A stretch of DNA of 62,069 nucleotides, counting the filler, from Globobulimina sp. (Eukaryota), in the NCBI GenBank assembly GCA_003354225.1. It is 30 parts of 30 records of this genome, joined end to end, with 100 filler letters (N's around TTAATTAATTAA, not from the genome) between each part and the next. Parts side by side here need not be neighbours in the genome. Positions count along the whole stretch, not along the records: positions 33,175 to 35,146 come from PIVH01010096.1; positions 35,247 to 37,218 come from PIVH01010097.1; positions 37,319 to 39,289 come from PIVH01010098.1; positions 39,390 to 41,360 come from PIVH01010099.1; positions 41,461 to 43,431 come from PIVH01010100.1; positions 43,532 to 45,502 come from PIVH01010101.1; 24 more parts are not named here. One strand, written 5' to 3'. Under the pieces are notes generated by a model. That model was not told the DNA's origin and made no database searches. It saw only the letters and a list, made by a program, of their open reading frames with translations. How positions within the stretch are numbered: position 1 is the first letter of the stretch; every line of letters starts with the position of its first letter. Below are positions 33,987 through 45,602 of this stretch, piece by piece. The translations under genes were made by a program, and so were the position numbers.

Positions 33987-35146
33987 TTATTTTGATAAAT
34001 CTTGAGCAACCATTTTAGCACAAATAGGATGATAAAAATCTTTATTTTGTTTATAACAGTCATTTGCAATTTGTTTCCTATCTTCATTTTTAATTAGTGC
34101 ACGATATAACGGGCGGACAAATTTCATCCTACCAATAGAACCTAACATATTCAGAACTGAATCATACTGTGTTTCATCATCACATTCCAATGCAATTAAA
34201 TTAAATCGAAATAATATTTCCGCATTTGTTGATTTATCAAATTTATAAGCTTGTTTCAATAAATTCTCTTTATTTCGCATAACGTCTTTTGTAAATAATT
34301 TATTATTTTCATCCTTTAATAAATCTTGATATTTTTTTAATAATTCATCTAAAAACATGTTTTTTTGATCCACTGTCCATCCAACAATATCATCTTCCGT
34401 CGCTCCTTTAAACTCGTCCATATCGCACCATTTATCAATTAACAATTTTGTATCATTTATTAATTTACTTTCAACTTTCCTCATTATTTTGGGCATTCCA
34501 GCTGCTTTCAACCAAACGTCCCACTCAATCGCAGCTATCTTATCTTTCGCAGCATCAATATCCTTAAAATAATCCATAAAAAAATCTCGAAACTGATACG
34601 AATCTAAGCATTTATATCTAAACGCATCAATATAAACTTTAGTAAACACTGCAAACACATCCTTCCCACCCACCAAATCCTCCAAATACCTGATAAATGC
34701 GCTTCCCTTTTCATATGGAATGGAGCTAAATGCGTCATCCGGGTCAGTATCCTTCAATGATAAATTTAATTTTGTAAACTCGTGGTCAGCTCCTAACCTC
34801 TCAACACATGCTCTTAGTGTGATCTGTGAGTTTGCAATATCTAAATATTCCTGGTCAACGCCATTTAATTTGCCCATAATCTTTGCCTCAATAAAGCGAG
34901 TCCAGCCTTCATTTAACCAGAAATGTTCCCACGTTGCATTTGTCACCAAATTGCCAGTCCAACTATGTGTGATCTCGTGAACCACCAGACCTTCTAATGA
35001 CCGGTCCCCAGCGAGCAAAGTCGGTGTCAAAAATGTAAGATTTGGATTCTCCATCCCACCATCTAACAGACAAAGCATTCATATCTGTGACACAAATTGA
35101 GTAATCACTGTACAGGGAAAGGATGGAGCCAGCAGTAACCAATCAT
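33987..35146 (-). CDS. LTA4H: Leukotriene A4 hydrolase/aminopeptidase (M1), 5' partial
   Basis: Spliced PSFPYGGMEN; HEITHSWTGNLVTNATWEHFWLNEG; PDDAFSSIPYEKG; GRMKFVRPLY. Confidence 0.95.
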
Positions 35147-35564
35147 NNNNNNNNNNNNNNNNNNNNNNNNNNNNNNNNNNNNNNNNNNNNTTAATTAATT
35201 AANNNNNNNNNNNNNNNNNNNNNNNNNNNNNNNNNNNNNNNNNNNNAAAAAGTAAAAAAAAAACACAAAAACAAAACAAACAATTTTATGATATAATACA
35301 GTCCTGACTTCACAAACAAAATCAACAAAAAACAGAAAAAAAAATCACAAATTAAGAAACCTGTATATATATTCTCTGAAAACATGATACATATTTAATA
35401 AAAAAAAAACATAATCATAATATAATATATTTACAATTTAATTATTTTACAAATGTCATTGTATAATATATAAAAATATTTTTATTTTTATGTCATTTAC
35501 GCTTATTTTAAATATATTTTGCTAGATATACATATATAAATTTTAGTAGCTATAAATTTATTTT

Positions 35565-36830
35565 TCAGTCGAGCCATTGATGCATTTTAATGCGCTTCAA
35601 ACTAATTCGACTGTCCTCATATTTGAAAATGGCTTGAAATAATTGCAAAGCATGCGAATCAACATAAAAATGCAGATTCCATCTCTCAATCAAAAATTTA
35701 AAATATCCCTTAATTACATGCACGAAAACGATGTCTGACGTTTCTGCGGTACTCCACAGATTGCTGCCGGTCAACATCATCCATAGACACACGCCGAGGC
35801 ACCAAATGTCATTTTTTTTGGCGTCGAAGCCTTTTTTCTGGGCAATGACTTCGGGCGATTTGTAGTTGACTTTGCCGACATATTTATTGCTTAAACATTT
35901 CCGTTTCGTGAATAGCTGCGCTAAGCCTGTAAATGCATAAAATTAATGCGACGTCGACGCATTCAGAGAAGTGGAATAACGGAAAAAAGAGGAGGTACCG
36001 ACCAAAGTCGCACAGTTTTATTTGAATGTCGTCTGTGACGAATCTAATTTTATGCTTGTTTTTATCTGCAAACTCTTCAACAATCTCGATTTGAACGTCG
36101 TTGATCAGGAAATTCTCCAAAGAAATGTCGAAATGACAGACGTTTTTGGAATGGATAAATTGAACGCATTCAATCATTTGTTTGAATATGATTTTACAAA
36201 CATTGTGCCAGTGATTTAAGTCGATTCTGTCAGACCTTATCAATTCGTGTGCTTTTTGTAGGAAATCAAAGAATGAATTGCCGCCATCCGACATCACCAA
36301 ATAATACGCAGTGTTGCTATATATTTTGACAGATCGATATATTTTGCGCATGGACAGATTTACAGAGGTATCAAGTCAGAGATATCTGAAAAGGGAGACA
36401 CGTCAATAATATACAGATGAAAATCGTGTTTACCAACGTTCTAAAAAACCGCTCGAATTTAACCATCGATTTTGGACAATTTTCTTGCTGCGTTAACAAT
36501 TTTAATATGCTTTGTTCCAATAAAATATCTTCGCTCACTGCATATATCTTGTTATCGACCACCGACATTGAGTTTTGATGCAAATACTGATTTGTCACTT
36601 TAATGACTGAGGTCTCAATGAGTCCGGTATTGTTATTGGTTTTTGATGCTCGCCATGTACTACCTGTTTATATTAATATTTATTTTTATTAATCTTGCAG
36701 ATCTAAAGGTATTTAGCACAGATTATACTGTACCTTGTAAGGTGTCTGCTATTTTGGTGCTTTCTTCAAATCCAATTCTTTTCAAGACACCTGCTATTTT
36801 CTGGTTAAATTTGGATGCGAATTCAGTCAT
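35565..36830 (-). CDS. Ser/Thr protein kinase, 4 exons, HFDISLEN catalytic loop
   Basis: IADTLQG; VIK; CHFDISLENFL; KLCDFG|LA; VGKVNYKSPE; DIWCLGV. Confidence 0.9.
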
Positions 36831-37318
36831 CCAAACACCTGAGATTGGAGAGTGTTGTAGTAGAAAATTTGTGTAAATATCTTTCTAAAAAAAAAACTTA
36901 ATTCAACAGTTTCACAATATATTGCATGGTTCATATAAGGGATGACCTAAACATTTTAGTAGTGTGCATAGCAAACATATACGATCAAACGTTGGATGTT
37001 GTTCGGATTACAACGTTTATACTAATTTAATTATATTTCACAAAACTCAAACAATTCAATAACATATTTAACTTGGAATTGGATATTAAGTGTACCGTAT
37101 TCGAAACTGACGAAGACAAAAAAAAGAGCACATAGTAAAAAAAACAAATTTTTGTCAGTTTATATTACAATTAATAAATATTTCGAGTAATTTTAAGACA
37201 TTTCCCAAACATATCTTCNNNNNNNNNNNNNNNNNNNNNNNNNNNNNNNNNNNNNNNNNNNNTTAATTAATTAANNNNNNNNNNNNNNNNNNNNNNNNNN
37301 NNNNNNNNNNNNNNNNNN

Positions 37319-39289
37319 CCCCACTGACATTACCTCATCGCCAACTAAATCACCCACGCCTGCACCTACCACATTGCCTACACGCAGCCCCACAAAACCT
37401 GAGGAGACCCCCAATCCATCAAAATCGCCCACTAAAACTCCGACACAATATCCCACTACAGATCCAACTGCAGACCCTACCATTGATCCCACCACGGATC
37501 CAACATCCGATCCAAGTAAGGAGCCAACCCGCGATCCGACCTTTGACCCTACCTTTGAGCCCTCATTTGATCCTACTTTTGAACCTACGTTTGAACCAAC
37601 ATGGGATCCTACGTTAGAACCAACGCTCGCACCCAGCAATGCACCTACTTTCCCACCCACTGCCGCACCGTCGCGTGACCCCGACGCGCTGACATGGTGT
37701 ATTAGTATGATTGAGCGGATTGAGAACTTGGTTGGTATCGAAATGAGTGACTTTGAAAATGATAATAAACTGTTATTGTTTACTATGAATAGTACTAAAT
37801 TGGTGATCTATGATGCGATTAGAGGCAGTAATATATATGATATGGATGCGTTGTGTAACAACTTTTGGAATTGTTTTTTTTTGAAAGTAAACAGTTTGGT
37901 TGTGTTTTTATAGTGTTTTTGATGTAAAAAAACTGTTTTTTTTGTTTTCCCTTTTGCTAAAAGGAGTTGGTTTTTTTTTGAAAAGGTTTTCTTTTTGCAA
38001 TTGAATTGTTTACATAGATATTAGTGGCGATAGTGATACGCGGATAGATTTTGAGGTTTGTGCCTGGGACAAGAAGGTATATGACGCGTTGTTGCATAAA
38101 ATTGTCGACGATGACAGTGAGATGGAAGCGTATATGATACAATTGTTAGAATGGTATTTGAATGGACCAAAATATAATGGCTATAACGGGGTGAGATTCA
38201 CAAATGTAACTAAGGTATTGTTTGACTTAGCAATTGAAACTACGCCAATTCCAAGCAATGAAGAACTAAATAGTACTACAGCAGATATGGAGACAAGTAT
38301 ACGTGAAACAGGCGATGATTTAACTGAAAGTGAACCATTTCTGGAGACATATTTTAATTATTTGTTATATGGCGCTGTTGGGCTGTTACTGCTATGTTTG
38401 TGTATAGTATTTATTATATTTGTATGTTGCAGGAAACAAAATATTATGAAACGTGAATTAGAAGCAACAAAGCAACACATTGAACGTTTGAAATCATTAT
38501 CTACGGGGGACGTAGCACATAATTTAAGTGATGTAAATGATATGGCTGAAGGCATTGGTGCAGCAACATCGGCGGTGGATGGTGATGGACATACTGTGCC
38601 TATGGGCACTCGTGGTGTGAATACAAATGATGATGTCGTGCCTGCGTCGCCTCCTCAGCAGCTTCCTGTTACAGGTCTGTTTCCCATATCTTTTGTACAT
38701 GTATGTACACATTGCTCCATTGATCGTTTTTGTGTATAAACAGGTGGATCGGGACAAACCCCGTGGAAACTTGTTGAGGTGCAGTCAAAGCCACAGTCGG
38801 CTGCTGCCATGCAAGCAAATATGAATAGTAGTGGTTACCAGGCATTTAATACACCCGCATCTCAGCCAGCTATGCCTCCACAAGGCCTGGCGATGAATAT
38901 GGGTAATATGGGCGGTATGGGTATGAGCATCGGCATGGTGGCAATGTCAAATCCAATGATGAATCCAATGGGGTATGGTATGATGCAAAATAATAATATG
39001 AATTTTATGGCAAATTCAATGCCGAATCGAATGCCCGATTTGATGGCTCTCCCTGCTCCGCCGCCAACAGTCAATGTCGAGAGTCTAAGCCCTGGCGCTA
39101 ATGCACACATTGCTGGCGGTGTCAGTAAGTTATTAGTTAACGTGGAGGAGTTACCAGAATCTGATGACTCTGATCAGGATGAAGCGGACGAACAGGAAGA
39201 ATATGAGTATTATGACGAGGATGAAGATGAGAATGAAAATGATGACTTGTATAATGAAGCAAATAGTGGCGGCGATGGAGATGGTGTAA
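37319..39289 (+). CDS. Mucin-like single-pass membrane protein with P-T-x-D/E repeats, partial at both ends
   Basis: PTTDPTADPTIDPT..PTFEPTWDPTLEPT; TM helix GAVGLLLLCLCIVFIIFVCC; Met-rich and acidic tail. Confidence 0.75.
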
Positions 39290-39701
39290 NNNNNNNNNNN
39301 NNNNNNNNNNNNNNNNNNNNNNNNNNNNNNNNNTTAATTAATTAANNNNNNNNNNNNNNNNNNNNNNNNNNNNNNNNNNNNNNNNNNNNTTTTGTGATTT
39401 ATATGCTTTTTTTACAATTTATAAATTGTATTTTTTTTGTACCGGGCGCTTTTCACCACATATGGTGGAAATAAACATGTACACATTCACCTTTTTTAAA
39501 CTGCTGAAAAATGTTTTATTGTGGCGATCGGATTTCAACTGTTGCAGTTGATTATCACAATGAAATTTGGCCTGCAGTGTATTGTGTATGACAGTAATGA
39601 CACAAAATATAATAAATGGAAATTATGCACAAATTTACGGATTTGTATGTTTATTTTTGTGGAATCACTTGTGTGCGAGATTGAATTAATTTGATAATAT
39701 A

Positions 39702-40421
39702 CTATTTCGACACTCTTTTACCAAGGCCTAATAATTTAAGTTTGGTCGACGGGCAACACATTGAAACAGAGAGACAGTAATGTTTTGAAACATCAATGTC
39801 CGAAAATGCAACACCCATATTTTGGTAATTTACATTGAATGCGAGTTTGCCATTCAGCATATCCAAATGCATAATAATTATATCTTTATCTTGTAACTTA
39901 TTGGCAAGAAATTTAGCGTCGCTCAGTGTCGATGCATGATACAAATATCCATCATCACATAAACCGTATCCTTTATTATTTCTATTTGTAAATTCACCAC
40001 AAATCGGTAACTTATCAATTTGACAAATTCCTATCATTGCGTTTAATGGACACGTTGGGTCAACATTTGATATTTGTAATTTCCATGATCTTTGTTGTTT
40101 AAATGTGATAATATCAGAACAAAATGCATTTAAATAGTCACATTGATTAATTATTGAACATTTATATTGAACAGATGTATTTGATGCATTTATTTTGAGT
40201 CGTTTATCTGTCCACTCATTGCACCATTTATCAACACAATAATAAAATTTTAAACATAATTTCATGATATTGACATCTAATAAGTGCTTATAACCACTTT
40301 TCCTCGCTTTTCGCAAATAACCAAACACAACATATTCTGCAGTTCCATATTGTGTATAATGTAACGGTGGTCGATGTAACGTTGTTTTCATTTCAGAACG
40401 AGTTTTATTCGATCGATTCAT
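39702..40421 (-). CDS. B30.2/SPRY-like domain protein
   Basis: VVFGYLR..SWKLQI..MIGI..DIIIMHLDMLNGKLAFNVNYQNMGVAF. Confidence 0.78.
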   Translation of the reverse strand: MNRSNKTRSEMKTTLHRPPLHYTQYGTAEYVVFGYLRKARKSGYKHLLDVNIMKLCLKFYYCVDKWCNEWTDKRLKINASNTSVQYKCSIINQCDYLNAFCSDIITFKQQRSWKLQISNVDPTCPLNAMIGICQIDKLPICGEFTNRNNKGYGLCDDGYLYHASTLSDAKFLANKLQDKDIIIMHLDMLNGKLAFNVNYQNMGVAFSDIDVSKHYCLSVSMCCPSTKLKLLGLGKRVSK

Positions 40422-40487
40422 TATCTTATTTATATTAGCTTGTGTGACTAGAACACTTCAAAAAACATTTGTTTTCTAATTTTTAAG

Positions 40488-41360
40488 TTAACGTATTTTA
40501 TTTAAATACAATGACATCATAGTCATAGGAACCGCAATATAGACTGTAGACGATAATCTGTCTGTTTTATACACAAACTGTCTTATCAATAAACTTAGAA
40601 ATATTCCAGTTATCAATGCATAACTTTTATGAATAACGGATGTGTATTTTGTAATCATTCCAACGCCAATACCACCAATAACATTAGGAACAATAGCTAT
40701 CAATGCATCAAAATTGCCATTGTCAAACAAATTATATAAAGCACCATGCTGTTTAACTTGTTTTCCATCAAATATATCCAATTTCGCTTCAACAAACAAT
40801 CTGAACGAACCAAACAGCATTCCATAAATTGCCAATTCTGCTGAAAATATGAATGTATTACGCTTTTTATTTTGCAATGCCCTTTGAGATAATACACCAG
40901 CTAAACCTGAACATATTGTTGCGATTAACATTGCAAATAAACCCTTTGTATACTGCTTATTATTGATATTTATTTTATTCTCATGCTCAACATTTTTATT
41001 TTCATTTTTTTTCTCCTTTTTTCTTGTTTCATAGCATAGCATCATAGCAACAGCAAATAACATATTTAATGATATTACTTCTCTTTTAGTCGGAGTTTTA
41101 TTTAAAATTAATTTTAAGAATATGGCACTCCAAATTATTTTTGTTTGATTCATTAAGTTAAATACCAATGGGTCTAAGTTATGATATGAATAAAATGAAA
41201 AAATATTTTGAATGTTATAAATTGCAGCAGGAATAAAAGCGATTGATAATGACTCATATAAGTGCCATGTGGATATTTCTGCAGATAATTCCTGTGTTAA
41301 TGACAAAGATAACATACAAAAAATAAACCGTAACGTCTCTTGAACCATGACGACTGATGA
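40488..41360 (-). CDS. Nucleotide-sugar transporter (SLC35A-like), 5' partial
   Basis: IPAAIYNIQN; LDPLVFNLMNQTKIIWSA; CSGLAGVLSQRALQ; GGIGVGMITKY. Confidence 0.88.
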   Translation of the reverse strand, partial: SSVVMVQETLRFIFCMLSLSLTQELSAEISTWHLYESLSIAFIPAAIYNIQNIFSFYSYHNLDPLVFNLMNQTKIIWSAIFLKLILNKTPTKREVISLNMLFAVAMMLCYETRKKEKKNENKNVEHENKININNKQYTKGLFAMLIATICSGLAGVLSQRALQNKKRNTFIFSAELAIYGMLFGSFRLFVEAKLDIFDGKQVKQHGALYNLFDNGNFDALIAIVPNVIGGIGVGMITKYTSVIHKSYALITGIFLSLLIRQFVYKTDRLSSTVYIAVPMTMMSLYLNKIR

Positions 41361-41462
41361 NNNNNNNNNNNNNNNNNNNNNNNNNNNNNNNNNNNNNNNN
41401 NNNNTTAATTAATTAANNNNNNNNNNNNNNNNNNNNNNNNNNNNNNNNNNNNNNNNNNNNCA

Positions 41463-43076
41463 AATCGACGCGGATCCCAGATTCGATCGGATGAGATTGA
41501 TTCATCGCCAGTTATAATTGTACCATCCACAACAAATATTGCAGCGAGTTCACTGACAGCGATTAAACAAACCGATGCGAATCTGAATCATAATCAGAAT
41601 GAAAATAAAGAAGAAAAGGAAGAAAAAGAAGAAAAAGAGGAAAAGAAAGAGGAAGGAAAAGATGATGAAAAACAAGACGAAAAAGTAGAAAAAGAGGAAA
41701 AAGAGGAAAAAGAACAGAAAGATAAAGAAATAGCGCCTGTGTCCGTTTTAATAGCGGCTGATTCGAATGAAGCAGATATTGATACAGAAACAGAAGACTA
41801 TGCCACAAAAAAGAAAAAAGATAAAAAACGAATATATGTTTCTCAAACATCACCATCTCCGACACCCACTACACCGATAAATACCATTGTAACCAAGAAA
41901 AAGAATAAAAATAAACCCAAATCGCATTATGCGGACATAAATAAATTCTGTACCATTCCATTGATGTGTTTTACAGATTATGCCACCAAAAAAAATCCAG
42001 CTCATGTAATGCATTTATTATTAAATATGATCAATTTATTGACTTTTCGGGGTGATTTATTTCATAATTATCAAAAACCAAAACATAAACTTGGCAATCC
42101 ATTAAATTATAATGTCGTCAATGAAAATATTCGTTTATTTATCCATCAGAATCTTATAAATCGTGACCAAAACGATAATGTAACGCATAAACGCTTAATC
42201 AGACATTTTGCGCAACATTTAACCAAATTTTGTGTGGATCATTTAAAATTATTATTAAATTCAAAGCAATGCGATAATATAAAATGGGGAGATCGAGACA
42301 TATCATTCCGTGACGAACAAGTTATATCAAAATCAATACTGTATAATCAAAAGGAAAAGTATCATAAAACTACCATTAAAAAAAAAGGAAAAGGAAAATC
42401 AAAAAAAAAAGAAAGGGAAAAAGAAAAAGAAAGAGAGCGGGAAAGAGAGAGTAAAAAAAATCATAAAGAGAATAATAAAGAGGTCAAAGACTATGTTTGT
42501 TTAGAACGAATTGCTATGATTTTAGACGAATTAATGATAACTAAATGTGTTGAGGTTTATACACCATCCATTTATAATATTTTATGGGATCTATTCATGC
42601 AATGTCCAAATATCTATGTAAAAGCAATGGCATTTAAATTTATAACTCATTTGGAATGTAATTGGGATACTTTTGCAGCGGACGCATTGAAACAATCGAA
42701 ACCGACGCGAATTACACTAAAAATATTGTCTCGTTTAAAACAAATGTTTGATAAATTATATGTTTTAGAAAAACGCTCCGAAAACGATCATTTTAGTGTT
42801 TTGCTGAACAGTTTATCTGAATTCTTATCGCGTGTCCAGTGGATGGAAATAATGGATGATGAAAAAGAGGAAAAGGAGGAAAAAAAAGATGAGAATGATG
42901 AAAAATCATTTGATTCGTTGCAGGATTTTCGAGATTTTATTAAGTTTAATAAAGAAATTCATGATAAAAAGCGTGAATGGATAACCTATAAATTAAATCA
43001 TGGCATATCGAGTGGCACCGCATATTGGAGCATGCAAATAAACTCATCACAAAGATCCAATAATTTGTCTCTTTAA
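41463..43076 (+). CDS. Fragment of a large charged/helical protein, ending at the start of a SPRY-like motif
   Basis: Continuous frame from the contig edge; EK repeats; HGISSGTAYWSMQI just before the stop. Confidence 0.55.
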   Translation, partial: NRRGSQIRSDEIDSSPVIIVPSTTNIAASSLTAIKQTDANLNHNQNENKEEKEEKEEKEEKKEEGKDDEKQDEKVEKEEKEEKEQKDKEIAPVSVLIAADSNEADIDTETEDYATKKKKDKKRIYVSQTSPSPTPTTPINTIVTKKKNKNKPKSHYADINKFCTIPLMCFTDYATKKNPAHVMHLLLNMINLLTFRGDLFHNYQKPKHKLGNPLNYNVVNENIRLFIHQNLINRDQNDNVTHKRLIRHFAQHLTKFCVDHLKLLLNSKQCDNIKWGDRDISFRDEQVISKSILYNQKEKYHKTTIKKKGKGKSKKKEREKEKERERERESKKNHKENNKEVKDYVCLERIAMILDELMITKCVEVYTPSIYNILWDLFMQCPNIYVKAMAFKFITHLECNWDTFAADALKQSKPTRITLKILSRLKQMFDKLYVLEKRSENDHFSVLLNSLSEFLSRVQWMEIMDDEKEEKEEKKDENDEKSFDSLQDFRDFIKFNKEIHDKKREWITYKLNHGISSGTAYWSMQINSSQRSNNLSL

Positions 43077-43431
43077 GATTACCACATTTAATCTCAATAT
43101 TTCTCTTCTGAGTCACATCTCGCATAGACACCGTTAATGTTTTCGCATCTCTCATAAAATGAAATGTGCCTTTCTTAAATGCAACTGTTTGTCTATTATT
43201 ATTATATTTAAATATCACTCGTTTCTCTTTATAATTTGCTATAATTTTTGTGTCTTTATATTGTGTTCGATTTCCATTTATTGTTATCATTACAGTCCAT
43301 GTTTCATTTAAATATTCATTGTCATATTTACTTCCTCTGTCACCTGAATTTGGTTCAAATACAACTTTATTAATTGATAAATCATATTCTGTTAAAATTA
43401 AAATTTGATCCGTTGTTTTATCATTTTTCAT
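42946..43431 (-). CDS. PH-like domain fragment overlapping the convergent gene
   Basis: Beta-strand pattern ending in the PH-like helix IKCGNLKETNYWIFV. Confidence 0.35.
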   Translation of the reverse strand: MKNDKTTDQILILTEYDLSINKVVFEPNSGDRGSKYDNEYLNETWTVMITINGNRTQYKDTKIIANYKEKRVIFKYNNNRQTVAFKKGTFHFMRDAKTLTVSMRDVTQKRNIEIKCGNLKETNYWIFVMSLFACSNMRCHSICHDLIYRLSIHAFYHEFLY

Positions 43432-43531
43432 NNNNNNNNNNNNNNNNNNNNNNNNNNNNNNNNNNNNNNNNNNNNTTAATTAATTAANNNNNNNNNNNNN
43501 NNNNNNNNNNNNNNNNNNNNNNNNNNNNNNN

Positions 43532-43894
43532 AAATCGCAATATACGGCTGAGTTGTTGCCGTTAATTGGTAATGACATCCATTTGGTACAGAGCGAAACG
43601 TATGGCGTTGATGGCGGTACTTTGCATGATCATGATATCGATGGTCATTTGCCTTTCGGGTATGATGCTGCGGCCATGCTTTTTCATAATAAAATGGATC
43701 AATTAGTATCTCAATATCAAAGCGATTTGGTCGATTTGAATGAGAAGTATGATAAACTGGAAAATGAGCATAATCAACAAAAAAACAAATTGGATAAAAC
43801 GGCGAATACGATTGAAAAATTAAGACAAAAAAATAGGGAATTAAAAAATAGGCTGCCTGGCTCATGTCTGTTTAATTTGTTTTCTTTGCATTAA
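43532..43894 (+). CDS. Coiled-coil protein fragment
   Basis: Heptad pattern LNEKYDKLENEHNQQKNKL. Confidence 0.45.
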   Translation, partial: KSQYTAELLPLIGNDIHLVQSETYGVDGGTLHDHDIDGHLPFGYDAAAMLFHNKMDQLVSQYQSDLVDLNEKYDKLENEHNQQKNKLDKTANTIEKLRQKNRELKNRLPGSCLFNLFSLH

Positions 43895-44115
43895 AGCGTA
43901 GAGATATTATCTATTTGCAATCTAATTCCTTTCGATTGCAAATCCTCTCAATTTATATATATTATTTTATAATTGTAATTTGGTTTAATTGTATGTCTCA
44001 ATTTATATGTTATTTTTAGGATCCATAATCATCCATCATTTATGCAAAAATGAAAGTGCTACTTTTTAAAAACTAAATATTAACACTTTACTTAATTCCG
44101 CTCGCACTCTCTTCC

Positions 44116-45502
44116 ATGGCAGCCAACAATAATAGCAATAATAGTACATTCCAACCAGAGGCAGTAAGTTTACAATCAATTGTTATCTCACCATTCATGA
44201 CACATATTGTAGTGAATCTAATCAATAACAGCAAACAACTGAAGCAAGATATATCCGCTTCCATATACTGCTCCAAATGGGGTGGTAGTTTACATAAATT
44301 ACGTGAATGTTGTCCAAGTTGGAATAGAATGGTAGATAATGCATGTAAAATAACCCCGATTTATCACAATGTTTGGAAGTTGTTTCTTACGCATTATCGT
44401 AATCGTATTCCAAAGATAAACATTCAAACATTGCGTCCAATACAAATATTAGCAGCTTTATTAGATCAATGGCGATGTTCTGGTAATTTAAAACCAGGAC
44501 CTTATCCATCTCCAATTGAGCAAAATATCTATTTTAATTACCAAGAAATACTGCCAATAATATTGCCTCTCATGCAACATATTTCTGAGGGCAAATTCAA
44601 CGAAGCATTCGCTGAAAATGGTATCCATTTAACACTTCCAACCCCAATCAAAGAGGAAAAACAAACTAACAATGACGAAACAGTGCAGATTGCAGTGAGA
44701 GATTATTTGATTTTATGTCCATTTTTAAAAAACGTTTTATTTCAATTATTAAATAATTGCGGTGCAAAGCAACGTTTTTTAAATATTACTGATATTTATG
44801 GATTGCAAGAAATTAAACAATGTTTTACAAATAATGAATGGGATAATTCTGTTAACAAAGCAGTGGATATTACACCGTGTGGGCATAATATATGGAGACG
44901 ATTTATAAATGATTACGATGTGAATAACATGGATAATATTGAAATTATACAGTATTTATACAAAGATTGGATCAAAAATGATCCAACCAAACAACAAATG
45001 GATGAATATTTATCTATTTATCGTATTTCTAATATGTGGGCATCAATACATGACATGATTAGCAGTAATAAGTTGAAAAATGTTTTTACGTTATTTAATA
45101 AAAAAGAGAAGAAAAAAGCAGACGAAAAGGACAAAGATAAAGATTATTCATTGATATTATGTCCGTTTTTAACAAACATTGTGATGAAATTGCTGGATAT
45201 CGAAGGTGATAATGAATGGAATGAATCATTGAAAATATTGCAGCAATGTCATACAGAATGGAATGAAGATGTTTGTAAATGTGTAGAAATGACAGATATT
45301 AATAATCCAATATGGAAAGTGTTATTAAATGAATCTGAAATTCGAAATAAAAGAAAACTTACAAAACCCAAAGAGATATTAAAATATTTATTATCATCTT
45401 GGAATCATTTAAAACATAAAAACAATCGATATTCGCCGTATATTCCAAGTAAGTTATTGTCGGAATATTTTATTGTACAAAGTACTGAATGTATCAATAA
45501 TA
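44116..45502 (+). CDS. Hypothetical protein with three copies of an unrecognised helical domain, 3' partial
   Basis: Repeated I(L/S/C)PF..C..W...V....IT....W......LL..W units starting near 44176, 44701 and 45142. Confidence 0.7.
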
Positions 45503-45602
45503 NNNNNNNNNNNNNNNNNNNNNNNNNNNNNNNNNNNNNNNNNNNNTTAATTAATTAANNNNNNNNNNNNNNNNNNNNNNNNNNNNNNNNNNNNNNNNNN
45601 NN

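Noticed and set aside
37271-37660. Antisense ORF with VGS repeats, and many other short shadow ORFs
   Set aside because: They are reverse-complement shadows of P-T-x-D repeat or other real CDSs.
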